Source: a virus (taxonomy: Duplodnaviria > Caudoviricetes). From it: 64,000 bases of DNA. Shown here one piece after another: positions 9,306-19,218 of the stretch. How positions within the stretch are numbered: position 1 is the stretch's first letter; every line of letters starts with the position of its first letter. The DNA is taken from the IMG/VR virus record IMGVR_UViG_3300029705_000009, one strand, 5' to 3'. The notes beneath the pieces are model-generated. The model made no database searches. It had not been told where the DNA came from and worked only from the letters and a program-made list of their open reading frames with translations. A program made the position numbers and the translations under genes.

Positions 9306-10357
9306 TAATTCTCCTCCACTTTCTTTCTCATATAATCAATCTGATCCTGTAAATCTTTATTATGTACCTCACTCAAAACTTCCTTGTTTGTCATCTGATA
9401 AGCAAGCAGCGTTTCCAGGATCTGTTCATCAATAGTTTTCACACGAGGAACAATTTCCTCTAAACCACAATCTTCTGTCATTTCAATTCTGTAATACTTA
9501 ACAGTTTTGTAATTCATAAAACAATCTTCTAACTGTTCACCATATTTAACATCGGCATCTTTTAACATATCAACTTCACTGCTATCATACAGTGCAAAGA
9601 AGATTTCCTTTGAACAGTCTTCAGTTTCATTTAATTCTTGAAAATCCATAGCAACTTTATGTAACCAAGCTAAGAAATCCATTGCATTCCAACCATCAAT
9701 ATTGTTATCTACTAACAACTGAAATAAACTCTGAAACACTTCCGGATAACAACTATTAACAATCACATTCTTTACAATATAATTTTGTTTAGTTAAATTC
9801 ATGTTTTCAACCTCTTTCTTTTCTGTTTTAACTTCAACAGTATTTTCACGACAGTCAAGAATAAAATCATTTAACCTTATATAGTTATCATCTGTATAAG
9901 GAATTTTTACATTATGATTACCTACTTGAATATTAATATCAAGATTATCCTGATTAATCCAACCTCCGTTTTGAGTTTTAGAGAACTCTGCTAGTCCGTC
10001 ATCTACAATATTTCCATAGAAAAAATCTAAATCTTTAAAGGTAAAATCATAATCAACTTGGCTTTCATACTCATCAACAAACTCCTTGATAGTCTTAACA
10101 TATTCATCTCTATAATTATCATCTTCTAAGAAAGTCGCACCATAAAACCAGCCAACTATTTTTTCTTTGATTTCTAGATTTTTATCTCCCTTTTGCCAAC
10201 TCTCATATTCCTCTTCTGTTAAACCGGTTGAAAGAATAAAACATCTGTCACTTGTTTTAGCCGGACATAAACCAATCGTGCCGCCCATATCTAAACTATA
10301 CATTTTTCCAGTATTTTCACTTACAAAATAGTAACCATCGTTATTTTTCTTCAACAT
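9305..10357 (-). CDS. hypothetical protein
   Basis: Long ORF; start re-set to RBS-preceded ATG. Confidence 0.7.
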   Translation of the reverse strand: MLKKNNDGYYFVSENTGKMYSLDMGGTIGLCPAKTSDRCFILSTGLTEEEYESWQKGDKNLEIKEKIVGWFYGATFLEDDNYRDEYVKTIKEFVDEYESQVDYDFTFKDLDFFYGNIVDDGLAEFSKTQNGGWINQDNLDINIQVGNHNVKIPYTDDNYIRLNDFILDCRENTVEVKTEKKEVENMNLTKQNYIVKNVIVNSCYPEVFQSLFQLLVDNNIDGWNAMDFLAWLHKVAMDFQELNETEDCSKEIFFALYDSSEVDMLKDADVKYGEQLEDCFMNYKTVKYYRIEMTEDCGLEEIVPRVKTIDEQILETLLAYQMTNKEVLSEVHNKDLQDQIDYMRKKVEEN

Positions 10358-10358
10358 A

Positions 10359-10562
10359 TTATTCAACATCCTCCACTTCATTAAAATCTTCATCCCAAAT
10401 TTGTCTGTACTTGTCAGAAGAATCAAATCCTAACGTTGCATAATCTATTTCAAAATCATCATGATTAAGTTCTTTTGCTTTTCTTATTGCCTCTTTGTCG
10501 TTTGCTGCTTCAATTTCTGCAATTGCAAATCCTAAAACTGCTACTCCAACGGTATATTTCAT
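10359..10562 (-). CDS. small DpnD/PcfM-like protein
   Basis: EIEAANDKEAIRKA. Confidence 0.5.
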   Translation of the reverse strand: MKYTVGVAVLGFAIAEIEAANDKEAIRKAKELNHDDFEIDYATLGFDSSDKYRQIWDEDFNEVEDVE

Positions 10563-10563
10563 A

Positions 10564-10965
10564 TTATTCAACCTCCCCACTATTAACTAATATATTCAAT
10601 GCATCGATTATTCTATTATACGATTCCGCACCCCATGAAATCCTTGTAGTTAATCCACACATTGTTATGTCGATTGTGGTTTCATACAATTCGTCCATGT
10701 CTTCACCTGACAACTTAGAAATATATCTTTCACATTCCTGTATAAAGAGTTTCGCCGGCATATTATCTGATTTCCATTCGAGATATTTAACATAATGCAT
10801 ATTATAATTATCTGCATCCTCTTGAATTTCTCTTATTCGTACTCCTTCATTTGTATCTTCTACAATATAAATAGCTTTTGTGTTTTTATCATAAAACTCC
10901 TGGCGATCATAATACTCATGAAACATTTCCATATTCGGTTGACAAAACCAATTCTGCATCAACAT
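10564..10965 (-). CDS. hypothetical protein
   Basis: ORF with RBS. Confidence 0.7.
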   Translation of the reverse strand: MLMQNWFCQPNMEMFHEYYDRQEFYDKNTKAIYIVEDTNEGVRIREIQEDADNYNMHYVKYLEWKSDNMPAKLFIQECERYISKLSGEDMDELYETTIDITMCGLTTRISWGAESYNRIIDALNILVNSGEVE

Positions 10966-10967
10966 AA

Positions 10968-11324
10968 TTAATCCTCCTCACACAATTCTTTTGCTAATTT
11001 CAACATCAGTTCCTCGGCATTTTCAAAAGTAATAACTTGTCCATTTCCAATGCCGGTATAAATTTCATTAGAAGCATCATAATCTTCCAAATCTTTTACC
11101 TCATAAGCATCTAACCAAGGTAAATGCTTTTCTCCATCTTCAAACATTTCAGATGTTGGTACTTGTAACTCAACCATTACAACATACCCTTTTTCATCAT
11201 CGTAAAACAACCGTGCAGCTTGTTCATAATTAGTTCCCATAAAATCGTTTTTCATATCATCAATAAATCTTTTAAAACATTTCTCAGTTTTAATTCCATA
11301 ATTCCATTCAAATCTATACATCAC
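10968..11324 (-). CDS. hypothetical protein
   Basis: ORF with RBS. Confidence 0.7.
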   Translation of the reverse strand: MMYRFEWNYGIKTEKCFKRFIDDMKNDFMGTNYEQAARLFYDDEKGYVVMVELQVPTSEMFEDGEKHLPWLDAYEVKDLEDYDASNEIYTGIGNGQVITFENAEELMLKLAKELCEED

Positions 11325-11647
11325 TAATCCTCCTTATCGCTAAACCACTTAGCATTGATATACTTTCTGTTCTGCCAAATGTAATCAACAACGGTTTTCT
11401 CATAACAATTATTATTTGTTCTAGCTACTTCCAATAAAGGATTAAATATGTCTCTCAAATCTCCATTTCTATTGAGCACGGAAACATTCCCTTCTTTATC
11501 TTTTCGGAAGACAAACTGAAAACCATCGTCAGTTACTATGTAGTACTCATTATCTTTCAACATGCACTGGTTAATAAATACATCTACATCAGATTTCTTT
11601 TTGATTTTAAATTCATTCGGAATTACCATTACTATCACTGTTCTCAT
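11324..11647 (-). CDS. hypothetical protein
   Basis: ORF with RBS. Confidence 0.7.
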   Translation of the reverse strand: MRTVIVMVIPNEFKIKKKSDVDVFINQCMLKDNEYYIVTDDGFQFVFRKDKEGNVSVLNRNGDLRDIFNPLLEVARTNNNCYEKTVVDYIWQNRKYINAKWFSDKED

Positions 11648-11696
11648 AATATTTTTCCTTTCTTTATAGGCTGCCATATTTCAGACAGCCTATTTT

Positions 11697-11933
11697 TTAC
11701 TCTTCTACTTTCTTACAACTGTCTTCCCCGTATGCAACACCAAGCTGATGGCCGGTATCCCAATGGACATGAATTGTACCAATGTCATCTACCGCAACTA
11801 CAGTTCCTTTGGTACCAACAGGAATATGTGTGTAAGGATCTTCCATGTTAACTAATTCAACTCTAGTTCCTTTTGGATATGTTTCTTTTAATAACTTAAC
11901 AATGTGTTCTGGTGCTCCAATGTTCATTTTCAT
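11697..11933 (-). CDS. DUF4314-like protein
   Basis: YPKGTRVELVNMEDPY..GTKGTV..VDDIGTIHVHWD. Confidence 0.8.
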   Translation of the reverse strand: MKMNIGAPEHIVKLLKETYPKGTRVELVNMEDPYTHIPVGTKGTVVAVDDIGTIHVHWDTGHQLGVAYGEDSCKKVEE

Positions 11934-11955
11934 TCCTCCATATTATTTTATTTAG

Positions 11956-12273
11956 TTAAATCATTTTGTTAACAGCCTTCATAATATCATTAATAATTGA
12001 AATTCCACTGTCTCCTTCTACACTCTGATATCTGGCAAACAAATCACTTTGATTTCCCCAACTAATTCTAACTTCTTCAGTAGGATCATCAATTTTGTTA
12101 AGTTCTATATCAGATTCGTGGAACTTAATATCAATCAAATATCTCTTTCCATCTTCATCTGGTTCAGAATACTTTCTTTCTACATAACCATATTTAATTT
12201 GAATTCCCTCAGCTGCTCTTGTAGTGTTAAGTAATGTTTCTAAATCCTTAATAACCTGTAATCTGTTTTCCAT
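11956..12273 (-). CDS. hypothetical protein
   Basis: ORF with RBS. Confidence 0.7.
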   Translation of the reverse strand: MENRLQVIKDLETLLNTTRAAEGIQIKYGYVERKYSEPDEDGKRYLIDIKFHESDIELNKIDDPTEEVRISWGNQSDLFARYQSVEGDSGISIINDIMKAVNKMI

Positions 12274-12614
12274 TATTCTTCCTCCTCTAAATCTTCAAAT
12301 AATACATCTTCACTTCCAGATTCAATAACTTCTACATCTAATCCAAAATGTTCTTTGATTACATCTTCATATCCATATGAATCGTAGATAAAGAGCAACG
12401 TTTCATCATCAATAAATGAATCTGCTCCACTTTCACCATCTCCAATATCTATCCATTCATACTCTACATTGTAGTAATCAGAATAAGTTTCCTCAGTACC
12501 ATCAAAACCATAATCTACACAGATTTTACACATCTCATCGTAATCAGGTACAGAATGAAACACTTCTTGAATTAAATTTCCATCAACTCTAACAAGAACT
12601 GCTTTCTGACTCAT
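12273..12614 (-). CDS. highly acidic hypothetical protein
   Basis: D/E-rich ORF. Confidence 0.7.
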   Translation of the reverse strand: MSQKAVLVRVDGNLIQEVFHSVPDYDEMCKICVDYGFDGTEETYSDYYNVEYEWIDIGDGESGADSFIDDETLLFIYDSYGYEDVIKEHFGLDVEVIESGSEDVLFEDLEEEE

Positions 12615-12616
12615 AA

Positions 12617-12850
12617 TTATTCCTCCTTAATCCATTCTTCAATTAAATCTTCGATATCTTCATCATCATTTCCACCATAAACATAAATTAAAAAATCCGA
12701 TAAATTTTCACCACATTCTCCAATATCATCATCTGTTGCTTCTTCTTCATACCATCTCATTTCTTCTTCAAGATCATCTAACATAAATGGTACCTTTTCT
12801 TTTAGCTTTTCAAAACAATCAAGTGTTTCTAAATATGTATATTTCTTCAA
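12617..12850 (-). CDS. highly acidic hypothetical protein
   Basis: D/E-rich ORF. Confidence 0.7.
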   Translation of the reverse strand: MKKYTYLETLDCFEKLKEKVPFMLDDLEEEMRWYEEEATDDDIGECGENLSDFLIYVYGGNDDEDIEDLIEEWIKEE

Positions 12851-12863
12851 TATGATACCCTCC

Positions 12864-13064
12864 TTATTCTTCTATAAATTCTCCACCATATACGCTAGGA
12901 AAATACTCCATCTTAAATCCACTTTCCAATTCAACATATACTCTACCGGAAGAACTTGCCTTGTGTGGTTCTCTCCAGGATATTAATTTTGCTTTCTCTC
13001 CTCTAAAAGATGTAAGTTCCATACCAACAGTTGCTTCTTTTCCTCTGATCATAAGTTTCATCAT
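12864..13064 (-). CDS. hypothetical protein
   Basis: ORF with RBS. Confidence 0.65.
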   Translation of the reverse strand: MMKLMIRGKEATVGMELTSFRGEKAKLISWREPHKASSSGRVYVELESGFKMEYFPSVYGGEFIEE

Positions 13065-13084
13065 GTTTATACACTTTCCTTTCT

Positions 13085-13264
13085 TTACTCAAAACACTCT
13101 TCAATTTCTAACATTAGTTCATGTGTGGCAATTTTCATATTTTCACACATTCTTGCTTTTTTATAATCCTCATTTTCAAAATGATAATTATATTTTTTCG
13201 TATAATGTTTTTCTCGTGCTCTTAAAAAAGACATTATATTTTCTCTGGTAAATTCCTTTTTCAT
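13085..13264 (-). CDS. 59-aa hypothetical protein (not in ORF track)
   Basis: Manual translation MKKEFTREKYNVF..EECFE*. Confidence 0.55.
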   Translation of the reverse strand: MKKEFTRENIMSFLRAREKHYTKKYNYHFENEDYKKARMCENMKIATHELMLEIEECFE

Positions 13265-13266
13265 AG

Positions 13267-13488
13267 TTAATCTTCTTTCTCAACAATAATAGAAATTCCA
13301 TTACAACTTATTGCCGGATAACGCTCCGGATAAATTTCCTTTACAGTGTATTTTTCCAATGTGTCCAAAGTGTCCTTTGACATATATTGGACTTCTGCGA
13401 AATAGATACAATCTTCAGTTGATGTACTGGTGGAAATCCAAACCGTTGTATATCTATCAATCTTTGACAATAAATCTGTTAGTTTCAT
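13267..13488 (-). CDS. hypothetical protein
   Basis: Operonic ORF. Confidence 0.65.
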   Translation of the reverse strand: MKLTDLLSKIDRYTTVWISTSTSTEDCIYFAEVQYMSKDTLDTLEKYTVKEIYPERYPAISCNGISIIVEKED

Positions 13489-13509
13489 CCCCCTAAAACC
13501 TCCATTTTC

Positions 13510-13806
13510 TTACTTTACATTTTTTAATATTTCTGACTTCAAATAATCACATAATTCGTCATCGTCATATAAACTAATCAACTCATAATCTTCTGCGCAA
13601 TATAAATCTTCATATGAATGTGCATATATTCTAATTTCACTTTCTTCATATGTTTCCGTGTCAAAATTAGACACATTGGCATATATGTATTTCTTCTCGT
13701 GACCAGATTCTGCTTGTGTTACATCTTCAAACTTTCCTTCATACATCTGAAAATGATACATGTCAATAAACTTAACCTCTTTTAATTTTAAATTTGTTCT
13801 TTCCAT
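13510..13806 (-). CDS. hypothetical protein
   Basis: ORF with RBS. Confidence 0.7.
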   Translation of the reverse strand: MERTNLKLKEVKFIDMYHFQMYEGKFEDVTQAESGHEKKYIYANVSNFDTETYEESEIRIYAHSYEDLYCAEDYELISLYDDDELCDYLKSEILKNVK

Positions 13807-13834
13807 AATTCTTTCCTCCTATTAATTATTTTAG

Positions 13835-14110
13835 TTACTTATACTCTTCAACTTCTGCAATATAGAATTCTTTTATGTCTCCATCTTTCCAAGCAATTTG
13901 AGCCATTTCTTCTTCAAACCAGCACTCGTCTTCATCTAATGGATCATCATCATTGTATACTCTCTCTGCTAAAAGAGCATTGTACTGATCTTCCCAAATT
14001 CTTCGCAATGCTTCTTCTTCAGTTTCGTCTTCGTTTATTGAAAATACTTCCGGCATGATTTCGCTTATGTCAATGTCGTGAAATTTTCTATATGTTACTA
14101 TAACTTTCAT
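13835..14110 (-). CDS. acidic hypothetical protein
   Basis: ORF with GGAGG RBS. Confidence 0.7.
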   Translation of the reverse strand: MKVIVTYRKFHDIDISEIMPEVFSINEDETEEEALRRIWEDQYNALLAERVYNDDDPLDEDECWFEEEMAQIAWKDGDIKEFYIAEVEEYK

Positions 14111-14155
14111 ATCGAACCTCCGTTTTAACATTTATATAAAACTTTCATTTCTTGA

Positions 14156-14548
14156 CTAATGAATTTGTACTGATTTTCCATTATGAACTATTAATTCGGA
14201 ATAATCACTATCTGGATATATCAGTAACCATGATTCATCTTCTAAATACGGCGCCAACGTATCAAACATTTCAATCATAACGCCTTCCCAACCATAGCTT
14301 GCATTAAATCCGTTTTTATATACCGTAAATCCATCCTTTTCACTGATATCTACTTCTTGATTCCTCCAACCAGCTAAAAAGATTCTCATTAAATCATCAA
14401 ACGTTTCCGTTGTGATCCCTTGTTCCGCATATTTTTCCAACGAATAATTGGTCCGCTTATCATTCTTGATGTGTTCATTTAACGCCAAAATAGCACCTTT
14501 CTCATCTTTTACCTTTACCTGTAATGTTACGTTATAACACGCTCCCAT
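14156..14548 (-). CDS. hypothetical protein
   Basis: ORF with RBS. Confidence 0.7.
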   Translation of the reverse strand: MGACYNVTLQVKVKDEKGAILALNEHIKNDKRTNYSLEKYAEQGITTETFDDLMRIFLAGWRNQEVDISEKDGFTVYKNGFNASYGWEGVMIEMFDTLAPYLEDESWLLIYPDSDYSELIVHNGKSVQIH

Positions 14549-14708
14549 ATTCTCCTCCCTCTTTATTATCTAATTCAATGATTACTTTATTTGCCTTCAT
14601 CCTTCTTGCTACTTTTACAAAATCCTCTACGTTTCCGTTCAAATAATCTTTAATCTCACAAGTAATTTTTACTACTTTGTTTTTTGGATCGATTACTTTG
14701 TAATCCAT
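14532..14708 (-). CDS. hypothetical protein
   Basis: ORF with RBS. Confidence 0.55.
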   Translation of the reverse strand: MDYKVIDPKNKVVKITCEIKDYLNGNVEDFVKVARRMKANKVIIELDNKEGGEYGSVL

Positions 14709-14744
14709 GCTATTTCCTCCGTTTAAAATCACTCTTTTATGTGG

Positions 14745-14858
14745 TTATTGGTACTTATACAAGCACACAAGTTTAGTATGAATCCTCTTTCCAAAAAGAT
14801 AATATTCATTCCAACAACCAATAATATTTTTAACTTCTCGCTTTTCAAAAATCTTCAT
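14745..14858 (-). CDS. 37-aa ORF bounded by two junction sites
   Basis: MKIFEKREVKNIIGCW..YKYQ*; AAGGAGG RBS. Confidence 0.5.
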   Translation of the reverse strand: MKIFEKREVKNIIGCWNEYYLFGKRIHTKLVCLYKYQ

Positions 14859-14882
14859 AGAAACCTCCTTAAAATCGTCATT

Positions 14883-15110
14883 TTATTGTTCAAAATCAAA
14901 CTTAACTGAAAATCCTTTAATCTTCCTACTAAAATCCTTTGCATGAATTACTACTGCTCCACAATCTTCACACCATAATGCAAACTGATTTACTCCACTT
15001 CCCATATAATTTGCACCACCACGATTCATCTTTCCACCACACCAAATACATTTACATTCATTTGGTATTGTCATTCCGTTATTTACTACTGTTTTAATTT
15101 TTCCACTCAT
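14883..15110 (-). CDS. Zn-ribbon protein
   Basis: CIWCG..CEDCG. Confidence 0.65.
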   Translation of the reverse strand: MSGKIKTVVNNGMTIPNECKCIWCGGKMNRGGANYMGSGVNQFALWCEDCGAVVIHAKDFSRKIKGFSVKFDFEQ

Positions 15111-15137
15111 AATAAATCTCCCTATGAAATTATCCTT

Positions 15138-15395
15138 TTAATAGTCAATTCCCAATCTGTCCATCAACACTCTGCCAATGGATAGGCGAATATCATCATC
15201 GTTGTAATATCCTTCTTCATCCCAAGCAGAAGCACACATCACATCGTCAATTACATCGTCCATAAACATACTTTCCGTTTCTTCATTTTCGTGTTCAAGA
15301 ATATATCTTGCGTATTCGCTACTTACTGCGTTCTGCATAATCATTCTAATTTCATTCTCAATGATTTTCTTCTCTTCTTTATTCATCTTTCTCAT
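15138..15395 (-). CDS. hypothetical protein
   Basis: ORF with GGAGG RBS. Confidence 0.7.
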   Translation of the reverse strand: MRKMNKEEKKIIENEIRMIMQNAVSSEYARYILEHENEETESMFMDDVIDDVMCASAWDEEGYYNDDDIRLSIGRVLMDRLGIDY

Positions 15396-15426
15396 GCTAA
15401 ATCCTCCCTTTAAAATCGTCATTTTA

Positions 15427-15732
15427 TTAGTTAAAGCCAACCATTACAACTTTGTTGTGTCTAACCGCTTCATCAAACCAATCAATGCTGTCATCACTTG
15501 TGTATTCGTTCTGTAAATATTCTAAAGGATTTTCCATATCCATATAGTTAAATAACCAATCCTTTTCTACAATGACAATAACCTCATTAAAATCTGCTTC
15601 AATTCCGTTATCCTCATCTTCCCAATCCATAAAGCACTCACTACAAATACAAAATGCAATCAAATCTTTATGTTCTGCAAACTCTATATACTGTGTCACT
15701 CCAAGCAAAATTCTTTCTCTTACTGCGTTCAT
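15427..15732 (-). CDS. acidic hypothetical protein
   Basis: ORF with RBS. Confidence 0.7.
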   Translation of the reverse strand: MNAVRERILLGVTQYIEFAEHKDLIAFCICSECFMDWEDEDNGIEADFNEVIVIVEKDWLFNYMDMENPLEYLQNEYTSDDSIDWFDEAVRHNKVVMVGFN

Positions 15733-15762
15733 ATCAATACCTCCTATAAATTATCCTTTTAT

Positions 15763-16074
15763 TTACTCAACCATACGAGGGACTAACTCTCTGTGTTCTC
15801 TGATATACTGTTTGATTTCTGCTATTTCCTTTTTACTTAAATCGTGAGGGATATTATCATTTCCTTGTTCAGCATTTTCTATATTTCTCCAAAAAGACCA
15901 ATATGGGCATTCTTTTGTTGGAACATCAACTCCCGTCATATCCCATGTATCATCGAAGTTTCCTTTGCTGGTAGGCTCTTTATGGAAATATAACAATACT
16001 GCGTCTCCATACTCTCCGTATGGTTTATATAAAAATGTTCTTTTTTCTTTTTTCTTAAAAATATTCATACTCAA
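15763..16074 (-). CDS. hypothetical protein
   Basis: ORF with RBS. Confidence 0.65.
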   Translation of the reverse strand: MSMNIFKKKEKRTFLYKPYGEYGDAVLLYFHKEPTSKGNFDDTWDMTGVDVPTKECPYWSFWRNIENAEQGNDNIPHDLSKKEIAEIKQYIREHRELVPRMVE

Positions 16075-16096
16075 AACCTCACTTAAAATTACATTT

Positions 16097-16264
16097 TTAA
16101 TCTACTAAATCAAATCCATTGTGACAAAATCCTTCTTGGTCTGATAGCCAATCTGAAATTTCATCTTCGTCAGTCATACCTTCTGGAATTTCCATTTCTT
16201 CTGGCAATTCATATAACCATTCTAAATCTCCGTCTGTATCCCATTTAATATTTATTGCTTTCAT
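16097..16264 (-). CDS. small acidic phage protein
   Basis: MKAINIKWDTDGD..LP..ISDWLSD. Confidence 0.7.
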   Translation of the reverse strand: MKAINIKWDTDGDLEWLYELPEEMEIPEGMTDEDEISDWLSDQEGFCHNGFDLVD

Positions 16265-16295
16265 ATTTTTCCTCCACTTAAAAATCATCATCTAC

Positions 16296-16616
16296 TTAAT
16301 TTTCTTCCGAACAAATATCCACAATTGTATCGATTAAATTCTGTAAAGAATCAATTCCATATCCATGCAAAGGAATCATCAGATCTTCGGTAACTTTATC
16401 TCTCAGTTCGCAATAATGAGTCCAACCTTTCATTTCTCCGTCTTCAAGATAATCAAACGAAATATCAAGCTCGTTTCCATTAATAGAATCAATATCATAT
16501 GTTACAATTCTCGTATTAAATGTTTTAGGCTTTCTTCCTTTGCCATTCCAATTGGTAGGATTCATCTTTTGCATAAAATCTTTTGCAATTCTTTCTGCTT
16601 TTTCAATACTAAACAT
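16296..16616 (-). CDS. hypothetical protein
   Basis: ORF with RBS. Confidence 0.7.
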   Translation of the reverse strand: MFSIEKAERIAKDFMQKMNPTNWNGKGRKPKTFNTRIVTYDIDSINGNELDISFDYLEDGEMKGWTHYCELRDKVTEDLMIPLHGYGIDSLQNLIDTIVDICSEEN

Positions 16617-16617
16617 A

Positions 16618-16998
16618 TTAGATTCCCTCCTCGCTCATAACATACTCTACAGTTACATCATCTGTATCCATCCAGTCTTCTACTGAATAATTTCCCTCAC
16701 AGAAGTCAAGCGACGGCCACAGATACAAAGCTCTTTTCTTTTCATCTTCTACATAACGATATTCATCACAACTTGGGTTGTCCAGGACATAGCCACCACA
16801 ACCAAGGTGTGCTCCCCAATATTCTCCGGTCTCTTTACTTTTCTCTACAAGGTCCGCAACCTCTTCTGGCTGCAGATAGTAAGTACAAAGAGCATGAGCA
16901 TCATTGTACTCAAACACATAGACACCTTCACTTTTACTGTATAAATCCTTTCCACTACAAAGATAATCATACATTTGCTTTCCGTTTTCGAATTTCAT
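16618..16998 (-). CDS. hypothetical protein
   Basis: ORF with RBS. Confidence 0.7.
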   Translation of the reverse strand: MKFENGKQMYDYLCSGKDLYSKSEGVYVFEYNDAHALCTYYLQPEEVADLVEKSKETGEYWGAHLGCGGYVLDNPSCDEYRYVEDEKKRALYLWPSLDFCEGNYSVEDWMDTDDVTVEYVMSEEGI

Positions 16999-17026
16999 AT
17001 TTGTCCTCCGCTCTTGTTTTGATTTA

Positions 17027-17290
17027 TTAATACGCTACAAATTCTGGAATTCCATGCTCTGGATATCTTCCGCATGTTCTCAATGTTTCCAAAATATTTT
17101 CTAACTCTTCTTCTACAAGCCTATCAAATTCCTCATCAGAAACATCTTCTGGAATATCTTCACCAAGTCTCCCTTCTACATTTACTTCTGCCGCCACATA
17201 CAATTCGTTGTTGTATACTTTATAACTTGAATAACGATGATCATTCTTTCTGGGTTGACTACTTACTTCATATAATGCATAAACTCTCAT
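17027..17290 (-). CDS. hypothetical protein
   Basis: ORF with AGGAG RBS. Confidence 0.65.
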   Translation of the reverse strand: MRVYALYEVSSQPRKNDHRYSSYKVYNNELYVAAEVNVEGRLGEDIPEDVSDEEFDRLVEEELENILETLRTCGRYPEHGIPEFVAY

Positions 17291-17309
17291 ATTTGTTCTC
17301 CTTTCAGTA

Positions 17310-17663
17310 TTAACAATACGGTACGCGACCCTTTTCTTTGCTACCTTGTCTCCTTTCAATTACAAAACTCTCACCTTCTCCTATGTAATAACTTCCTCTG
17401 TAAATACGGTTCCTTTCTTTATTTAACTGCCATGGATACGAACGAGTTTCATGTCTAATTGCTGCCCATTCATTTTGGTTTTCTTCTCTAAAACCTAGTT
17501 CTTCATTTTCTTTCTTGCACTCTTCCCAAATTCGCAAGAGTTCTTTTTTACAAGCACGTTTTGATTTGTGTTCACTTTCAACTAATTGATTACCAGAATA
17601 ATAGTAACCACCCTCTGCCGGTTCATAAATTGGATACTCTGTATAATGACTTATGTATCTCAT
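17310..17663 (-). CDS. hypothetical protein
   Basis: ORF with RBS. Confidence 0.7.
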   Translation of the reverse strand: MRYISHYTEYPIYEPAEGGYYYSGNQLVESEHKSKRACKKELLRIWEECKKENEELGFREENQNEWAAIRHETRSYPWQLNKERNRIYRGSYYIGEGESFVIERRQGSKEKGRVPYC

Positions 17664-17702
17664 GTTTGTCCTCCGATCAAATAAGATTTTATCATCTACA
17701 TC

Positions 17703-17921
17703 TTAATTCAAAATATTCATTGTTACCCATCTCTTAGCACTTGCTAAAGACTTACAATTTTTTAATATTGACGTAGCATCAAAACCAACCACGTCATATG
17801 TACCATCTCCTAACAGGTCAATCCAATAATATCTGCCGTCTTTTGTGCGGATTGCCCACTCAGTAGGTGTTCCATCATCTAAGTCACACTCATGAACTAT
17901 TTCCCATTTTTCTTTTGTCAT
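17703..17921 (-). CDS. hypothetical protein
   Basis: ORF with RBS. Confidence 0.65.
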   Translation of the reverse strand: MTKEKWEIVHECDLDDGTPTEWAIRTKDGRYYWIDLLGDGTYDVVGFDATSILKNCKSLASAKRWVTMNILN

Positions 17922-17931
17922 AACTGTCTCC

Positions 17932-18936
17932 TTAAATTAATCCTAATTTTCTTAACTGGCCAAAAATTGCTTCTAACACCGGAATACATATACTGTTTCC
18001 AGCAAGGAAACTCACCTGCTGCTCAGTAATTCCATTTTTAATCATGTGATTGTAATCTTTATCCTTGAATCCCATTAATCGTAAATGTTCTCTGCCGGTA
18101 AGCATTCTCAATTTCCCATCATAATAAATAGCTTGTCTCGGCGCCGTTGTTAAAGTCTTACATACACCATGGCCAACTCTACCTCTTCTTGTTGTACTAC
18201 TAGGAAATTCAACATTGATCACATCATATTCGTTAACCTCTTTGTAACCAAGTTTAGTAGCTTCTCTTGCGCACAATTGTCCATCTTCCCTTACAAAGAA
18301 GATTTTCTGCTCTGCATCTCCAAGTTTGTATTTATCCCAATCAACACTCTTTTCAAGATAGTAACGAATATCTTTCTTTAAAGGCACAGGTTCAGGGAAT
18401 TCAAATTCCTTTCCATCAAGTACATCTTCAAGAATGCTGATAGTATATAAACGTTCTCTTGCTTGAGGTATTCCATAATCTGCAGCATTAAGAATTGCAT
18501 AATAATTTTTGTAACCCATCTTTTCCATTGACTCCAGATAATGATAATGATGAACACGATGATTTACTTTCTTTCCCTCTGACAGAAGATTAGGTACATT
18601 CTCCCAGAGAACAACTTTAGGTCTTGTAGGAAGTTTATGATCGATGATAGCAAGTGTTTCTTCGTAAAGAATAGATCTTCCAGTATTTACATTGTTTTTT
18701 CCATTCTTACTGAAATCGACGCAAGGACTTCCATGTATCAAAATATCTGGATTCAAGTTCCATTCTCTTACATCTTGTGGCTTATAATTAATATCAAAAA
18801 TTGAGTTATAAGCTTGTACTGCAAATGGAAGAATTTCCACATAATCAATACTCTTAATATCGTATCCCATATTTTCTAGTGCTTTTCTAGGTGCACCAAT
18901 GCCTCCAAACAACTCAACTGTTTTCAACTGTTCCAT
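17932..18936 (-). CDS. dcm: DNA (cytosine-5)-methyltransferase, orphan
   Basis: ELFGGIG, HGSPC, WENV, PQARER, GNS motifs. Confidence 0.93.
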   Translation of the reverse strand: MEQLKTVELFGGIGAPRKALENMGYDIKSIDYVEILPFAVQAYNSIFDINYKPQDVREWNLNPDILIHGSPCVDFSKNGKNNVNTGRSILYEETLAIIDHKLPTRPKVVLWENVPNLLSEGKKVNHRVHHYHYLESMEKMGYKNYYAILNAADYGIPQARERLYTISILEDVLDGKEFEFPEPVPLKKDIRYYLEKSVDWDKYKLGDAEQKIFFVREDGQLCAREATKLGYKEVNEYDVINVEFPSSTTRRGRVGHGVCKTLTTAPRQAIYYDGKLRMLTGREHLRLMGFKDKDYNHMIKNGITEQQVSFLAGNSICIPVLEAIFGQLRKLGLI

Positions 18937-19179
18937 TTACTCTTCCTCCGCTAATTCAACACAAATTGCTCCAATCCATACCTTTCCAATATTTACGACG
19001 TATGGATAAACATAATCAATTTCTCGGTCTAAATACTCTTCAAATTCACTTGTTGGATCTTCATCAATGTTTCCTTCGTAGTAAACAGTTGGATAACTAT
19101 CACATTCCCAACGCTGCAGTTTAACGCGACCCTGAAGTGTAATTCCGTTATTTATCATATCTCTTAGTGTCATTTGCAT
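18937..19179 (-). CDS. hypothetical protein
   Basis: ORF with RBS. Confidence 0.65.
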   Translation of the reverse strand: MQMTLRDMINNGITLQGRVKLQRWECDSYPTVYYEGNIDEDPTSEFEEYLDREIDYVYPYVVNIGKVWIGAICVELAEEE

Positions 19180-19218
19180 TTCCTCCTATTATTTTATTTA
19201 CTTATTGTCATATTGTTA

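Larger units (their letters stand above)
14724..16099. repeat. six 16-bp palindromic junction sites (WAAAA-N6-TTTTA)
   Basis: 14724 TAAAA-TCACTC-TTTTA; 14870 and 15411 TAAAA-TCGTCA-TTTTA; 15125 TGAAA-TTATCC-TTTTA; 15746 ATAAA-TTATCC-TTTTA; 16084 TAAAA-TTACAT-TTTTA; one per gene junction. Confidence 0.8.
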
